From contig MU271670.1 of NCBI GenBank assembly GCA_021432655.1, positions 1 through 33,455 of the forward strand: a stretch of 33,455 nt of DNA, given 5' to 3'. The notes below the pieces were generated by a model. The model saw nothing but the letters and a program-made list of their open reading frames with translations, ran no database searches and was not told the DNA's origin. Within the stretch, counting starts at the first letter, position 1; every line of letters starts with the position of its first letter. A program made the translations under genes and the position numbers. Below, in pieces: positions 1-10,904 of the stretch. The stretch is from Atractiella rhizophila (taxonomy: Eukaryota).

Positions 1-95
1 CAAAGTATATGTCCTTTGATCTCTTTCACACTAGGTTTAAACAACAATCCTTTCGTAAGCTAGGCACAAGACTTGACGTCGTTGGTCGTCGATAA

Positions 96-117
96 CAGCG
101 CTCCCACCACTACATTA
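96..117 (+). repeat. Left terminal inverted repeat of hAT element
   Basis: 13-bp perfect and 22-bp imperfect inverted match to 4230-4251; starts with CAG as is typical of hAT ends. Confidence 0.9.
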
Positions 118-737
118 CGTGTAATGGTTAATGTTGAATAATTAATGATAAACACATTAAATTATAAGCTAATGGCTCTGCCATTACTCACCTTATCTGA
201 GTAATGACATTCACATTAGCTGAACCAAGCAATTAATGGTGTTAGGGCTTATAATGCCTAAAATGCTCCACACTTCAAGTTTTCTTGTCTGATTTGTGCA
301 ATATTACTAAAATTCTCAGATCCACAAGCACAATGGCCTCCACCTTGAGTCAGAGCTCCAGCTGGATCCGGATTCAGCGGCTTAAGCCGAACTCGGAGGA
401 GTACCTACCCTCGGCCAGTTTTAAGTCACATGATTGAGCTAGGTCCCCTACGACTTTGGAATGCGGACCAAAGTCAGCAGCTGTCATATCAGACGAAGCA
501 CTGATGGGCTCACCTTCTGCCCCAACAACACCCATTTTGCAGTGCTAACATGCATCAAAACACCAACCAACAGCCTGTTCTAACCCATTGTCCAACTCTA
601 TCCACTTTTGTCGGTTATGCAGCCCGAGAGACACAACTTGTCATAAATGTGGAGGTTTCATGTTCCCAACGCTTTGGGGTATAAGTAAGCTTCTTCCTTT
701 CCTTTCAGATTTGCTTCAAGCAACCACAAGAACTAAT

Positions 738-3700
738 ATGAATACTCACAGCTCCAAGTCCGCTTCTATTCCCTCAAGGAAATCAATGCGAACTGCAAGC
801 AGCCCTGCAAGACTCAGTGACTTCGATCTATCTACTGATGACATTGATCCAGCTGTTGTCTCTGCCAATCTGCAATCTATGAGGAGGACCTCTGCTCTCC
901 ACAAGCGAAACCTTACAGAACATTCAGGTTCTGGAGATGAAGAAGAGAGTGAGAGCTTCTACCATGACAGCTCTGAAACAGAGATTGTGAGTGACAATGA
1001 ACGGGTACCCTTAGGATCTGATTGCGAGGTTGTGAAGGTATGCTTTTCTCTCATGAGCACAGGTTAGATTTTGATGCATGAATGGATGGGCAACAGACCC
1101 GTAAACCCTTACCCAAGACAGGAAAAATGGTTAGTTCTTACTTCATCATTCATATTCAGACTTATGCTTCTTTGTGGAAGCGTGTTGCCGCATCAACAGC
1201 TAATGAAAGTTATTCTGAAACTGACTTGCAACCAGTGGCCAAGAAGGTAGGTCGCTGACTTGCATGATATCAACATAGAATGACCAAGATATGTAGAGGC
1301 GATCCAATCCAGGGCTCCATACACGATTCGGGAAGAAGACGCCCAAGGAGAGGATACGAAGAGAGCCAAAATGTCGCTCTAAGAAGACCATTTTGTAGAT
1401 GCAAGCGGAGCTGGAAGCTATGGGACCAGATACGGAGGAGAGTGATGAGGAAAGAAAAAGGAAGCACGTTCGTAAGAATAGCTCCCGAGGGGAGGGTAAT
1501 CCTGCTATTTTCAACTGCTATAAGGTGCACTGTTCCTACTTTTTGATTGCCAACCTCATTGGAAAGTATAGCATGATCCATCTACACCAGCCTATCCATA
1601 CGGAACTAAGGACAATAGATGCAAGTATATATGTCTACTTTGTGGGTAAGCTTCTTTTTCTGAGTTTGAGTAATGCAGTTCTCTTATACAGAATTATAGT
1701 GCGGAGCGGAACATCTTTGGAAAGAATTACTCCAACATGAACACCCACCTGCATGATTGTACCCAACGTCACCTTGCCACTTCGAAAGGAATCACACTGT
1801 CACCTCAACCAGCCAAGGTCATTGCACGACAAAGTTTGGGTCAGCCAGAGGATCGATCCAGTTTCGCCTCCTTCAAGGTCCCGACAGCTATGGAGCTCGA
1901 TGAGGTTTTCCGAAAGTCGGTGGAATAGATAGTGCGATATGACCATGCAGTGAGCATCGTCGAGGAGTAAGGATTGAAGGATGTAGTTGAGCTGTTGAGG
2001 CATGGGGCAACACTCTATGGAGCAACGACGGCAAGCAAGTGGGCAGGAAGATTGTATGATGCACTGCAGCTTGTTGTGCAGAGCGAACTTGATGTCTGTC
2101 ATTCAATATTCTTACATCCCATCCATCTAACGTCAGGAATAGGCACATACCAGTATGGTTCATATTGAACATGACGGCTGGACAAGCTTTGGCACCCTCC
2201 ATCACATTCTTGCTGTTATTGGACACTATGTTGACAATAACTGGGTGAAGCAAGAGCGGGTTCTTCGAAGTTCAATCCTAGAAGGATTATCTACTGCACC
2301 GATCCTCTCCCGCAAACTCTCAAAGGTAATTGTGGACAAGAATTTGGTTCAGAAATTTGGTAGGCTCTCTTCTCACAGCCTATTGGAACTAATATTTGGT
2401 ACAGGAAACATAGGATCAGACCATGCCTCGAATGGACTAGCCGCCCTTCCCTACCTTGAAGCCGACCTCCTCTCTCATGGCCGCTTGTGGCAGGCTCAAG
2501 ATTCTCATGCTGGGTGTGCTCTTCATGCCGTCAACCTTACGGCAAAGGCAACCCTTCATGCTATAGGAGTGGGACCACCTCCTGATATGAGCATGGAGTC
2601 CAACACTCTCCTACGACCAGATGTGACAGAGTCGAGTGAAGTGGAGTTTGAGGATGATGACGATGAATCTGTGTGCAGTTTGGATGTGGAGAGGGATGCA
2701 GCAGATGGGGTGGACACAAGAGCTCGTATTGCAGCTGCTACACAAGGACTTGTGCCTGACCGAGCTGATAACTCTCCACGAGACAAGGTAGCAATTCTTT
2801 TCCCTCATAGCTATCGCACTAGTCGCTTATGTTGAGCGTAGGCTGCACTTCTTTGTCTTATGGTTCGAGCTTCCGGTGAACGCCTGCGTGCCTTCAAAAA
2901 GCTATCAAGAGAACTCTACCCAATCGGTCATACACAACGCAATCTACTCCCTCTTAAGGCAAATGGAACTCGATGGAATTCAGAACACAATGTATTAGCA
3001 AGAGCTTATCCTATCCGGCACGTAGGTATTCACTCTTCATTGCTACCATTCTTAATCCTGCTTCTTTTGTCAATTATAGGCGCTGCAGAAGTTCTGTGTG
3101 AAGTACTACATGACATTTGGTGCCTACGCTTTGAGCAAACCTGAGTGGAAGCAGGTGGATCTTATTGCAGATGTTAAAGGTGTGGCTATTGTCTTAATAT
3201 GATGGCTTTGTTTAACTGGTGCCATTTCTAGCCTTTCAAGGCTGTAACAATGCTTCTCCAGTCCTCCGAATCACATCTTGGCAAAGTCTTACCAACATTG
3301 TATCGCCTTCGGAAATCTTTGATAAAGATTATGGAAGATCCTATGAAGGCCAGTGTAAAGCATGCGGTCCTGGCCGGAATTGAGAAGCTTGATGCTTACT
3401 ACAACCAAATGAAAACCAAGAAGTGCTATGTTCTCGCAACTGGTTTGTTTTTCCTTGCTTAGAACCTAATTTATTTGATGACGACACCATAGCTCTTTCA
3501 CCAAAGTATCCCCTTAAGTTCTTTAATAAGCTTGGAGCCGATGTTTATAATGTAGTGGAAGCAAAGGTTAAGCAAGAATACATGAGGATATTCAATTCCT
3601 CTGTTGTGCCGTCTACTTCAACTACTATAAACATCACTACAGGAGTCGTCAGTTCTACCACCATTGCAGCTTTGGAGGACCTGTCAGATTGTGACCATGA

Positions 3701-4057
3701 GAGAGGAAGTGCAGGTTTGCATGAATATGACAAGTTTAACTTAACAGCACAGCTTGGGGAAGGGCAAACAGACTTGAACTACTGGAAGGTGAGTCAGCGT
3801 AGTTTATTGGCAAGTTGAACATAGGGCTTACTTTACTTGAGATCTAGCTCAATGAATTGGTCTATCCAACATGTGGTGACATGGCACGAAACTACCTGGC
3901 CACACTGGCATCCAATGCTGGTGTTGAAAGACTTTTTTCATGGGCAAAATGGATTAATACTGATAAAAGGGCATCTATGAGTGTGAAGAAGCTGGCTGAG
4001 CTAATGACAGCAAAGGCATGGATTATACAAGGAGTTAAAGTACCGAAGGGGTGGTAA
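738..4057 (+). pseudogene. Multi-exon hAT transposase with BED zinc finger, inactivated
   Basis: BED-like CKYICLLC...SNMNTHLHDC (~1620-1760). DDE core motifs EHDGWTS (~2170), GSDHASN (~2415), CxxH GCALH (~2515), TRWNS (~2970), and C-terminal YWK|...YPTCGDMARNYL...SNAGVERLFS (3780-3940). In-frame stops: TAG 1926-1928, TAA 1968-1970, TAG 2140-2142. There is an apparent 1-nt loss before the intron near 3180. Exon boundaries and start are approximate. Confidence 0.9.
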
Positions 4058-4229
4058 TTCAGGTCTTTACTATACTTCACTTTGTTCTATAGCATTTTAA
4101 TCCTTATATTCCTTATAATCTAATGACATTTAAATTACTCAGCTCTTGTGAATTTTCTTGCTCTGAGCATTAAAATTACAATGGCTGTTTTCATATTACA
4201 AATGATTAACATTACGGACCTTACCCTTA

Positions 4230-4251
4230 TAATGTAAGGGTGGGAGCGCTG
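4230..4251 (-). repeat. Right terminal inverted repeat of hAT element
   Basis: TAATGTAAGGGTGGGAGCGCTG is an inverted copy of 96-117. Confidence 0.9.
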
Positions 4252-4307
4252 ACACTGGCAAACATATTTCAGTGAGCCAATCTGGATATCTCACTCTACT
4301 GGCAGGT

Positions 4308-4671
4308 TGTTAGGGCTGACACTATGTGCGGTCGCCGACGGGCCATGCATCTGTAGTGGAGATAAATCTAAGTGCATGATATGACATGAAGACTAACCTG
4401 TAGTGGGGATAAGCCTAAGAGAATACTCTGAGGTCACCTCCACTACTCTTCGCTCTATATATACAAGCAGAATAACACTGCCACAGAGTGCAGAGGAGAG
4501 CAGATGAAACATGTAAGAGAACTAAAAGGGGGAAGTGACAGTGGGATTACACGGAGTTAATAGGAGGAGAATAGATACAAATGGGCTAAGTGGTGATGCA
4601 CTGCGTAGAGTGGTGACAGGAGACGCAGAGTGGCGAACAGGTGCCGATTTGCATAAGATGCAAACCTGACA
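4308..4671. mobile_element. Solo LTR of an LTR retrotransposon
   Basis: Begins TGTTAGG and ends CCTGACA (TG...CA with a short imperfect inverted repeat). Flanked by CAGGT (4303-4307) and TAGGT (4672-4676), a 5-bp TSD with one C/T difference. Contains a TATATATA stretch, and a diverged homologous copy follows immediately. Confidence 0.72.
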
Positions 4672-4714
4672 TAGGTCTTTGATATACAAGTTGTCATATC
4701 TTCCAGAACCTTCT

Positions 4715-4999
4715 GAATACTCTAGGATCACCTCCACTACTCTCCAATCTATATATATATAGGGAATAACACTGCCATAAAGTGTAGAGAAGAGTATACG
4801 AAACATGTAAGAGAAACAAAAAAGGAAAGCAACAATGAGATTATGTGGGGTTGATAAGAGGAGCATAGATATAATGGGACTAAGTGGTGATGGGAGTGCA
4901 ATAGGGGACTGGGCACTGACTCACACAGAACGCAAACAGGTGACCGGGCGATACAAATTAGGGAATGGGCACCGATTTGCATGGAAAGCAAACCTGACA
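4715..4999. repeat. Diverged second copy of the same LTR-like sequence (left part missing or interrupted)
   Basis: Colinear with 4421-4671: GAATACTCT..TCACCTCCACTACTCT, GAATAACACTGCCA, GAAACATGTAAGAGAA, CTAAGTGGTGATG, CCGATTTGCAT..GCAAACCTGACA, with the same terminal CA. Confidence 0.75.
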
Positions 5000-5399
5000 G
5001 TCAATTCTGCTGAGGGACTGAAGCCATTGTTATTAGAAGGCTTTACTAAGAGGCTAAGGCCAGTATAAAGGTGGCATGTTTCAAGTCAGATCAGTGGCTG
5101 AACAAGCATGGATTTTAGGTGAATTGCAAACACTACTTCCATAGACCATGGACACTTTGGTTCGGTGGACTATAGCAAGGAGTAGACGAGAAATGTGAGG
5201 TATAAGACAGAGGTTGTTATTGTTCCAGTCAACTTAATGAGTTACAGAAGGTCGTGAAGAAGATTATGGGCACATTACTAATGTTCAGCACATTCAGACA
5301 ACATCACACTCAGCCATGCATGCTTTAATCCCCTCTGCTCAGCGTACTAGTACCCACAATTGAACCCCTTACCTGAGCCACTTCTCTTGGATGATGCAA

Positions 5400-8300
5400 T
5401 CAATGTACATCAGCTATTAATCTGCAGCAATCTTCTTCACCTCCTTTGTCACCCACTTCCATGTAGATTAACTTTGCGTCCTCAAATGCTGCCAGAGCGC
5501 CCTCATTCCATCCACATTGAAGACTGATCTCTCCTATACTGAAGAAACAGTTGGCTTGACCCAGTCGATCTCCCACTTCTATATAGATTATCTTGGCCTC
5601 CTCAAATGCCTTCAGAGCATCCTCATTCTGCCCACGTCGAAAATCCATCTTCCCAATGTTACAAATGCATTTGGCTTGACCCTCTCGAGATCCTACTTCT
5701 GTATAGAGTACCTTTGCGTCCAAAAATGCTTTCAAAGCGTCTTCATTCCGCCCACATTGAAAATCAACCTCTCCAATGTTGTTAATACAGCACGCTTCAC
5801 CTCCGTGGTCGCCGACCTCTATACTGAGTACTCTCGCCTCCTTGAATGCCACCAAAGCATCCTCATTCCGCCCACATCGAAAGTAAATCTCCCCAATGTT
5901 ATTGACACAGTGACCTTCAGCCTGTCGATCTCCCACTTTCATATAGAGCCCCTTTGCCTCTGTGAATGCCTTCAACGCATCCTCATTCCGCCCACATTGA
6001 AAATCAATTCGCCCAACACAGCAGATACAGTTGGCTTGACCCAGTTGATCTCCCACCTCCATGTAGAGTATGTTCGCCTCCTCGAATGCCTTCAGAGCAT
6101 CCTTGTTCTGCCCACATCGAAAATCGATCCGCCCAATGCCACAGATGCAATTGGCTTGACCCTCTCGAGATCCCACTTCCACATAAAATACCTTGGCTGC
6201 CTTGAACGCGTTCAGTGCCTCCTCATTGCACCCACATTGAAAATCAATCTCCCCAATGCTGTAGATGCAGTTGGCTTGACCATGTCGAGATCCAGCTTCT
6301 GTATAGAGCACCTTTGCCTGCTTGAATGCCCTCAGTGCCTCCTCCTTCTGCCCACATCGAAAATCGATTTCCCCAATGCTGAAAAAGCAGCAGGCTTGAC
6401 CATGGCGAGATCCCAGTTCCATATAGAGCCCCTTTGCCTCCTCAAATGACTTCAGTGCCTCCTCATTCCGCCCACATCGAAAATGGATCTCCCCTATGCT
6501 GAAGGAACTGTTGGCCTGACCCAGTTGATCTCCCACTTCTATATAGATTACCTTTGCCTCCTCAAATGCCTTCAGAGCATCCTCGATATGCCCACATCAA
6601 AAATCAACCCGCCCAATGTTGTTGACACAGTTGGCTTGACCCTCTCGAGATCCCACTTTCACATATAATACCTTAGCCTCCTCGAATGCCTTCAGTGCCT
6701 CCTCATTCCGCCCACATTGAAAATCAATCTCTCCAATGCTGTAAACGCAGTTGGCTTGACCCTCTCGAGATCCCACTTCCATATAGAGTACCTTTGCCTC
6801 CTTGAATGCCTTCAGAGCATTCTCATTCTTGCCTTCAGCCCGAAAACAAAAGCCAAGAACCATTGTCAGCAAACGCTTTTGGGCCAACCATTTGGACTGT
6901 CTGTAGGTCAGAAAAAGTGACATTAGTCCCAACCATTTGGACTGTCTGTCACCAGGAGAAGACGGTATTCCCAGCCTCATATCTACGACATGCATTGCCT
7001 GTTGGAAGAGTGAAGGTGAGAGCCGATGTTTCAGGCGTAGGAAGTCAAATATGTTCTCTAAATGCTGAAGAATTGGTAGAGGGTCCGGTAGGTTCAACAT
7101 GCTTGTGAGAAGGACATGTTCAAGATTTGGATATTGTTCGCGGAAGAGAAACAGTGCATTCTGTTCCTTGTCGATTTCAAACTGTGTTATATTTTTCTCG
7201 GCTTTCCCCATGAGATACTTCACCAGAGGCAGGAGTGACAAAGGCACAGTCATCGAAAATGGTGGTTTGGAACGAGAGACAAGGTGGTTGAGGTATTCAC
7301 GGATAGGAGTAAGCATGCGCAGGTTGCGTTCCAGATCATCGGCAAGCCCAATCTTTGAAATCACAGAGATGACTTTGAAGACACTTTTAGATGTATACGA
7401 GCTTGAAATGAGTGTTGCCAAATCATGGTGGGATAGACCATCCGGCACCCATGAAAGTAGTGCAAGTGCAAAGACAGCACGCTTCCCTTCATTTTTGAGG
7501 GCAGGAGAATCGAGGGAAAATGATATCGAGGTTTTAAGCGTGATGGCATCTGGGCTGTCTTCGTCCCAGAAAACCTTTGTCTTTTTCTGCTTCCACTCAG
7601 CTACTAATTCTTTGATTGTCATAGTTGAATCCTCATGGGCACGCAGAGCGAATAGCTTGATAGACAGGGCGTGGAAGTCTAGCTGCTCTACTAGCTGTTG
7701 GACCAGTGGGAGCGAGAACCCATCCTCTCTCTGAAATGTGTTTTCGAACAGTGCAAGCGCACCGTCTCTCGGCAAACCACCAACTGAGATCTTGACAAAC
7801 TTTACAGGCCGTTTCCCCTTCACTTCCAGAGATTTCACATCCAAACTTTCCACTTGGTCTCCGCGGTGGGCCACGACAAGTACTGACCCCTCTGAGTTGT
7901 TTGAAAGAAGGGCCCGAAAAAAGTTTTGTTTATTGTCGCTGTCAGCACGCAGCGGAGTTTCAAAATTGTCTAAAACAAGAAGGCATTTTCGACCCCTGAA
8001 GTAGTCGGCCAAGGCCTTAAGTGAGGGTTCGCTGGATTGGGGCAGTGCGAAGACATCGTTGCGGATGTGGTCCGAAAGCTTGGCAAATGTATCAAAGTTG
8101 TCACAGCGAACCCAGTAGCGGAGATCTTCTCCAGTCCCTCGTGTCAAATCTGTGAAGAAACGCTTGACCTCTTCCAAGTGCACTGTGTCGAGTGCAACGG
8201 TGGTTTTGCCGTTTCCAGCTCCACCAACAATCGCAACGTGGCGCCCATCAAGTATAGCTTCTCTAGCACGTTGGATCTCATCCTCGCGGGCAAAGCAAGA

Positions 8301-9691
8301 ACCTGGAGGCGGTAATGGCAACCGTCGACGAACTGCAATCCGTTCACTGCAGACTAAAGAGCATCAACATGGTATCTGCACAAAGGTAACATACCCTGCA
8401 CAAGAAACTCAGCGGCATTGCGCGCTTCGAAACCCATTACTTCCATATAAGCCCTCGTACGGCCCACGACGTCCTCCGTTCGCTCCCACTCCTCCCACTT
8501 GATGTCGCCCATAGTGTAGACCGAAAAGCGGTGATAGCGATGTCCCAGACCTCCATGCTGCATCCTCATCTTCAACTGATCTGCGATGTGGGAACAATCG
8601 TGTACAATCGCCTTCACAGCGACTTCAATCTCGCTTTCAGTCTGGCCCCATTTGACAGCCGGAGCGATCCCTGACCCCAGAGAGACGAGACAGGCGATTT
8701 GGCTGCCTTCTCCCCAAATTCGCTGTGACTCTTCAATTGCTGTTATCGCTGGGTTATTGTTCCCTATGGCAACATATTTCGTTTTGTCGATGACAATAGG
8801 AGGAAAGAATCCAGGAGCAGAAGAAGTCGCTCTTGCGGCTTCCCACACCGTGCACAAAGCAGCAGAACGACCTGCAGCAGGGACGTGGTACGTGCGCATC
8901 TCTGTTGAAACAACTGCATCGGACTCGTACCTTGAGAGGACGAAAGTCCTGCACCTATCTTTGATTGGCTCGTCGTTCATTGGAATTTGAGAGGCCGACG
9001 CAGACGATGGAGCATGTCGCGCAATGATCTCGTGGAAGACGGTTTCGAGCCTCTCCGCAGAGTACACGGAGGCTTCTGTTGAAAGACGAGCTTTTTCGGG
9101 AAAGACACTCTGCACGATTTGTTCGTATGCGCTAATAGATTCACGAACTGTCATTCCCAACCGTCCAAGCATCAGCGCGATCCACCCTCCAGTAGAAGTG
9201 CCACAGATGAGATCGAAAACATCGCACGGCCGGACTTCCTCTCCTTCGGGAACTCCGAGGAGGTTTCCGACCTGGAGCATGACGACTTCGAGCATGTAAA
9301 GGGTGGAGAAGGTACAGATGCCCCCGTTGTCGACGGCGAGGATTCGGACACCTTTTTCGTTTGCCATCTTGACATTCTCTGGGACTTTGAAAACTTTAAC
9401 AGTTTGAGCGGGGGAGGAGACGTGAGATAGAAAAGCTGATGGAGTAGGTCCGGAAGTAAGGGGCGGCGTTGCGGTACCCGATAAGAAGCGAAATATCGGC
9501 TGAAATATTGTCTTTTTGACGTTGAGGAAGGGACTTGGTTGAGAATTTTGCCGCATCACAGAGTGGTTCCGACCTGCGTCGCGTTCCCCCAATGGCGTTT
9601 CTTGCGATTTGAGAATGAATGACTTGTCGTCGTCAGATACGTCCATGGGTTCTTCATGATCGTGATCGTTGGAAAAGGCAGAAGTATCCAT
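5400..9691 (-). CDS. Fungal NLR-like protein: patatin-like domain - STAND NTPase (NB-ARC/nSTAND-like) - TPR array; carries an in-frame TGA at 6597-6599
   Basis: Exon 1 (9691-8395) is patatin-like: RILAVDNGG, FDLICGTSTGG, WEAARATSSAP. A 41-nt GT-AG phase-1 intron at 8394-8354 joins it in frame to the NTPase ORF (Walker A GGAGNGKT, Walker B LLVLDNFE, LDFHALSI, RMLTPIREY). 40-aa TPR units follow. ORFs 6597-8321 and 5400-6536 are in the same frame and separated only by one TGA. Confidence 0.9.
5401..6840 (-). repeat. Tandem array of about 12 x 120-bp (40-aa) highly similar TPR-coding repeats
   Basis: Strict 120-nt period visible in the DNA (e.g. GTTGGCTTGACCC and AATGCCTTCAG recur). Consensus is approximately GQANCxxxIGEIDF(R/Q)CGRNEDALKAFEEAKVLYMEVGSRE. 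Confidence 0.95.
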
Positions 9692-10904
9692 CGTCTTGAT
9701 AAAGTATCAAAGGTGATGAAGATTACTGCGTTTGAACGCGAGGAACACTAAAGAAATATAAGCAACAATTCTAGTTGCGAGGAGCAGCAAAAAATAAACG
9801 GAACAGTACTTGAAATCGTGCTGATAGATGGTGAAGAGAGAAGAACAGACCAGGAATACTTCTCCAGATTCGATGGTGAACCTGGCGAGGTTCCAAGAGG
9901 ACTGAACCGATCCCAAACATCCGTACGTACGAATGCACAGATGATCATGATGAGATCACTGAGAGGATAAGTGAAGCTGAGGGCAAGTGATATGCGAATC
10001 ACAAGGACAAAAACTAGGAATATCAAGGATGGTGCACTACAGATCTTCCAGTGTTGAGTGAAGAACTGCTCTCCTAAGGACGTCAAACGGGTCCTCCGAA
10101 GCAATCATAAGAACATGCAAAGATGCATAATTTGAAACTTGAACGACGAAGAAACAGATAGAACGTGAAACCAGCGTAAGACCCTTCTCCCACGCCTCCT
10201 TCTAAGCAGCCATACCATTAGCCTCAGCTAGTCTCAAGCATCATGACAGGCTTCTACATTTGATACTCATAAGGACTTTCCCCAAATCGCAACTTACACG
10301 CAATTCAAAATCTAGTGCCTTAACAGCTGAATATCTTGTTTTCTCTGAAAGCTGTCGAAGCGAGCGACGTTGTCGATTGTTGGGATAGACTGACCCACAG
10401 CCTGTTCAACTGTCACGTGTTCCTTATTCTGGAATCGTCCGGACAGGTGGACGGATATGGTTAAGGTCAAGAGAAAGCTCATGAGCTCAGCGTGATCTGC
10501 CCGTGGCAGAAGGTTATATGCCTTGTTCAAAACAACGATCAACATCCCAACCACCTTCTCCTTCGCCGACCTTCACCAAATCAGCACCATCTTGCGCTCA
10601 TACCAACAGTTATCTGCTTTCCAGGCAGGAAGACGACGCTCTTTCACTCGTAACAGTTTTTATAAGCGTTATTTATCGTATCCCGTATCATTTCGGTGAC
10701 TTAATTCGAGAACCTTCAACAAACGCAAAGTGACTTTTGTTTGGAATATTCGGGGAAGGTAGCAATCAACAATAAGGTCCGTTTCTTTGTTGCTCCTATT
10801 GCCCAGCAAGGGATTGGGGTGTTGATCTTTGCTATTTTTTATACTTGCCCGCCCTTTCCCACGACGCCAGTTCGAAGTTCGAGGCTCGTAGCTTGACGGA
10901 AAAG

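Larger units (their letters stand above)
96..4251 (+). mobile_element. Full-length hAT-superfamily DNA transposon (decayed)
   Basis: Left end CAGCGCTCCCACCACTACATTA (96-117) matches the reverse complement of the right end 4230-4251 (CAGCGCTCCCACCCTTACATTA) at 20/22. The AT-rich subterminal regions carry CATTA/TAATG motifs, and the interior encodes a hAT transposase. No 8-bp TSD is visible (GTCGATAA vs ACACTGGC). Confidence 0.92.

Noticed and set aside
5517..6449. 310-aa plus-strand ORF with Leu-rich periodic, LRR-looking sequence
   Set aside because: Antisense shadow of the TPR array; its periodicity is imposed by the 120-bp repeat, and the frame is broken in neighbouring units.
6597..6599. 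A-to-I editing or selenocysteine as an explanation of the internal stop
   Set aside because: Sister repeats have CGA/CAA here, not Trp or Cys, so a CpG transition is the simpler explanation; stop-correcting editing is known mainly from ascomycete sexual stages.
5401..6840. Possible CRISPR-like repeat/spacer array
   Set aside because: Units are similar over their full 120 bp, encode TPRs and have no unique spacers; the context is eukaryotic with no cas genes.
8347..8394. Alternative 48-nt intron (TCTGCAG acceptor) after the patatin exon
   Set aside because: It would shift into a short non-homologous frame; the 41-nt intron gives a linker in exact register with the paralog at about 32425.
9370..9691. 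Amyloid signalling motif at the NLR N-terminus
   Set aside because: The region is acidic and Ser/Pro-rich, with no HET-s-, sigma- or PP-like N/Q/G pattern, and no adjacent HeLo-type effector was recognised.
9707..10104. Hydrophobic ORFs upstream of the NLR (possible small membrane protein)
   Set aside because: No recognisable motif or convincing splice model; T-rich sequence can give hydrophobic translations.
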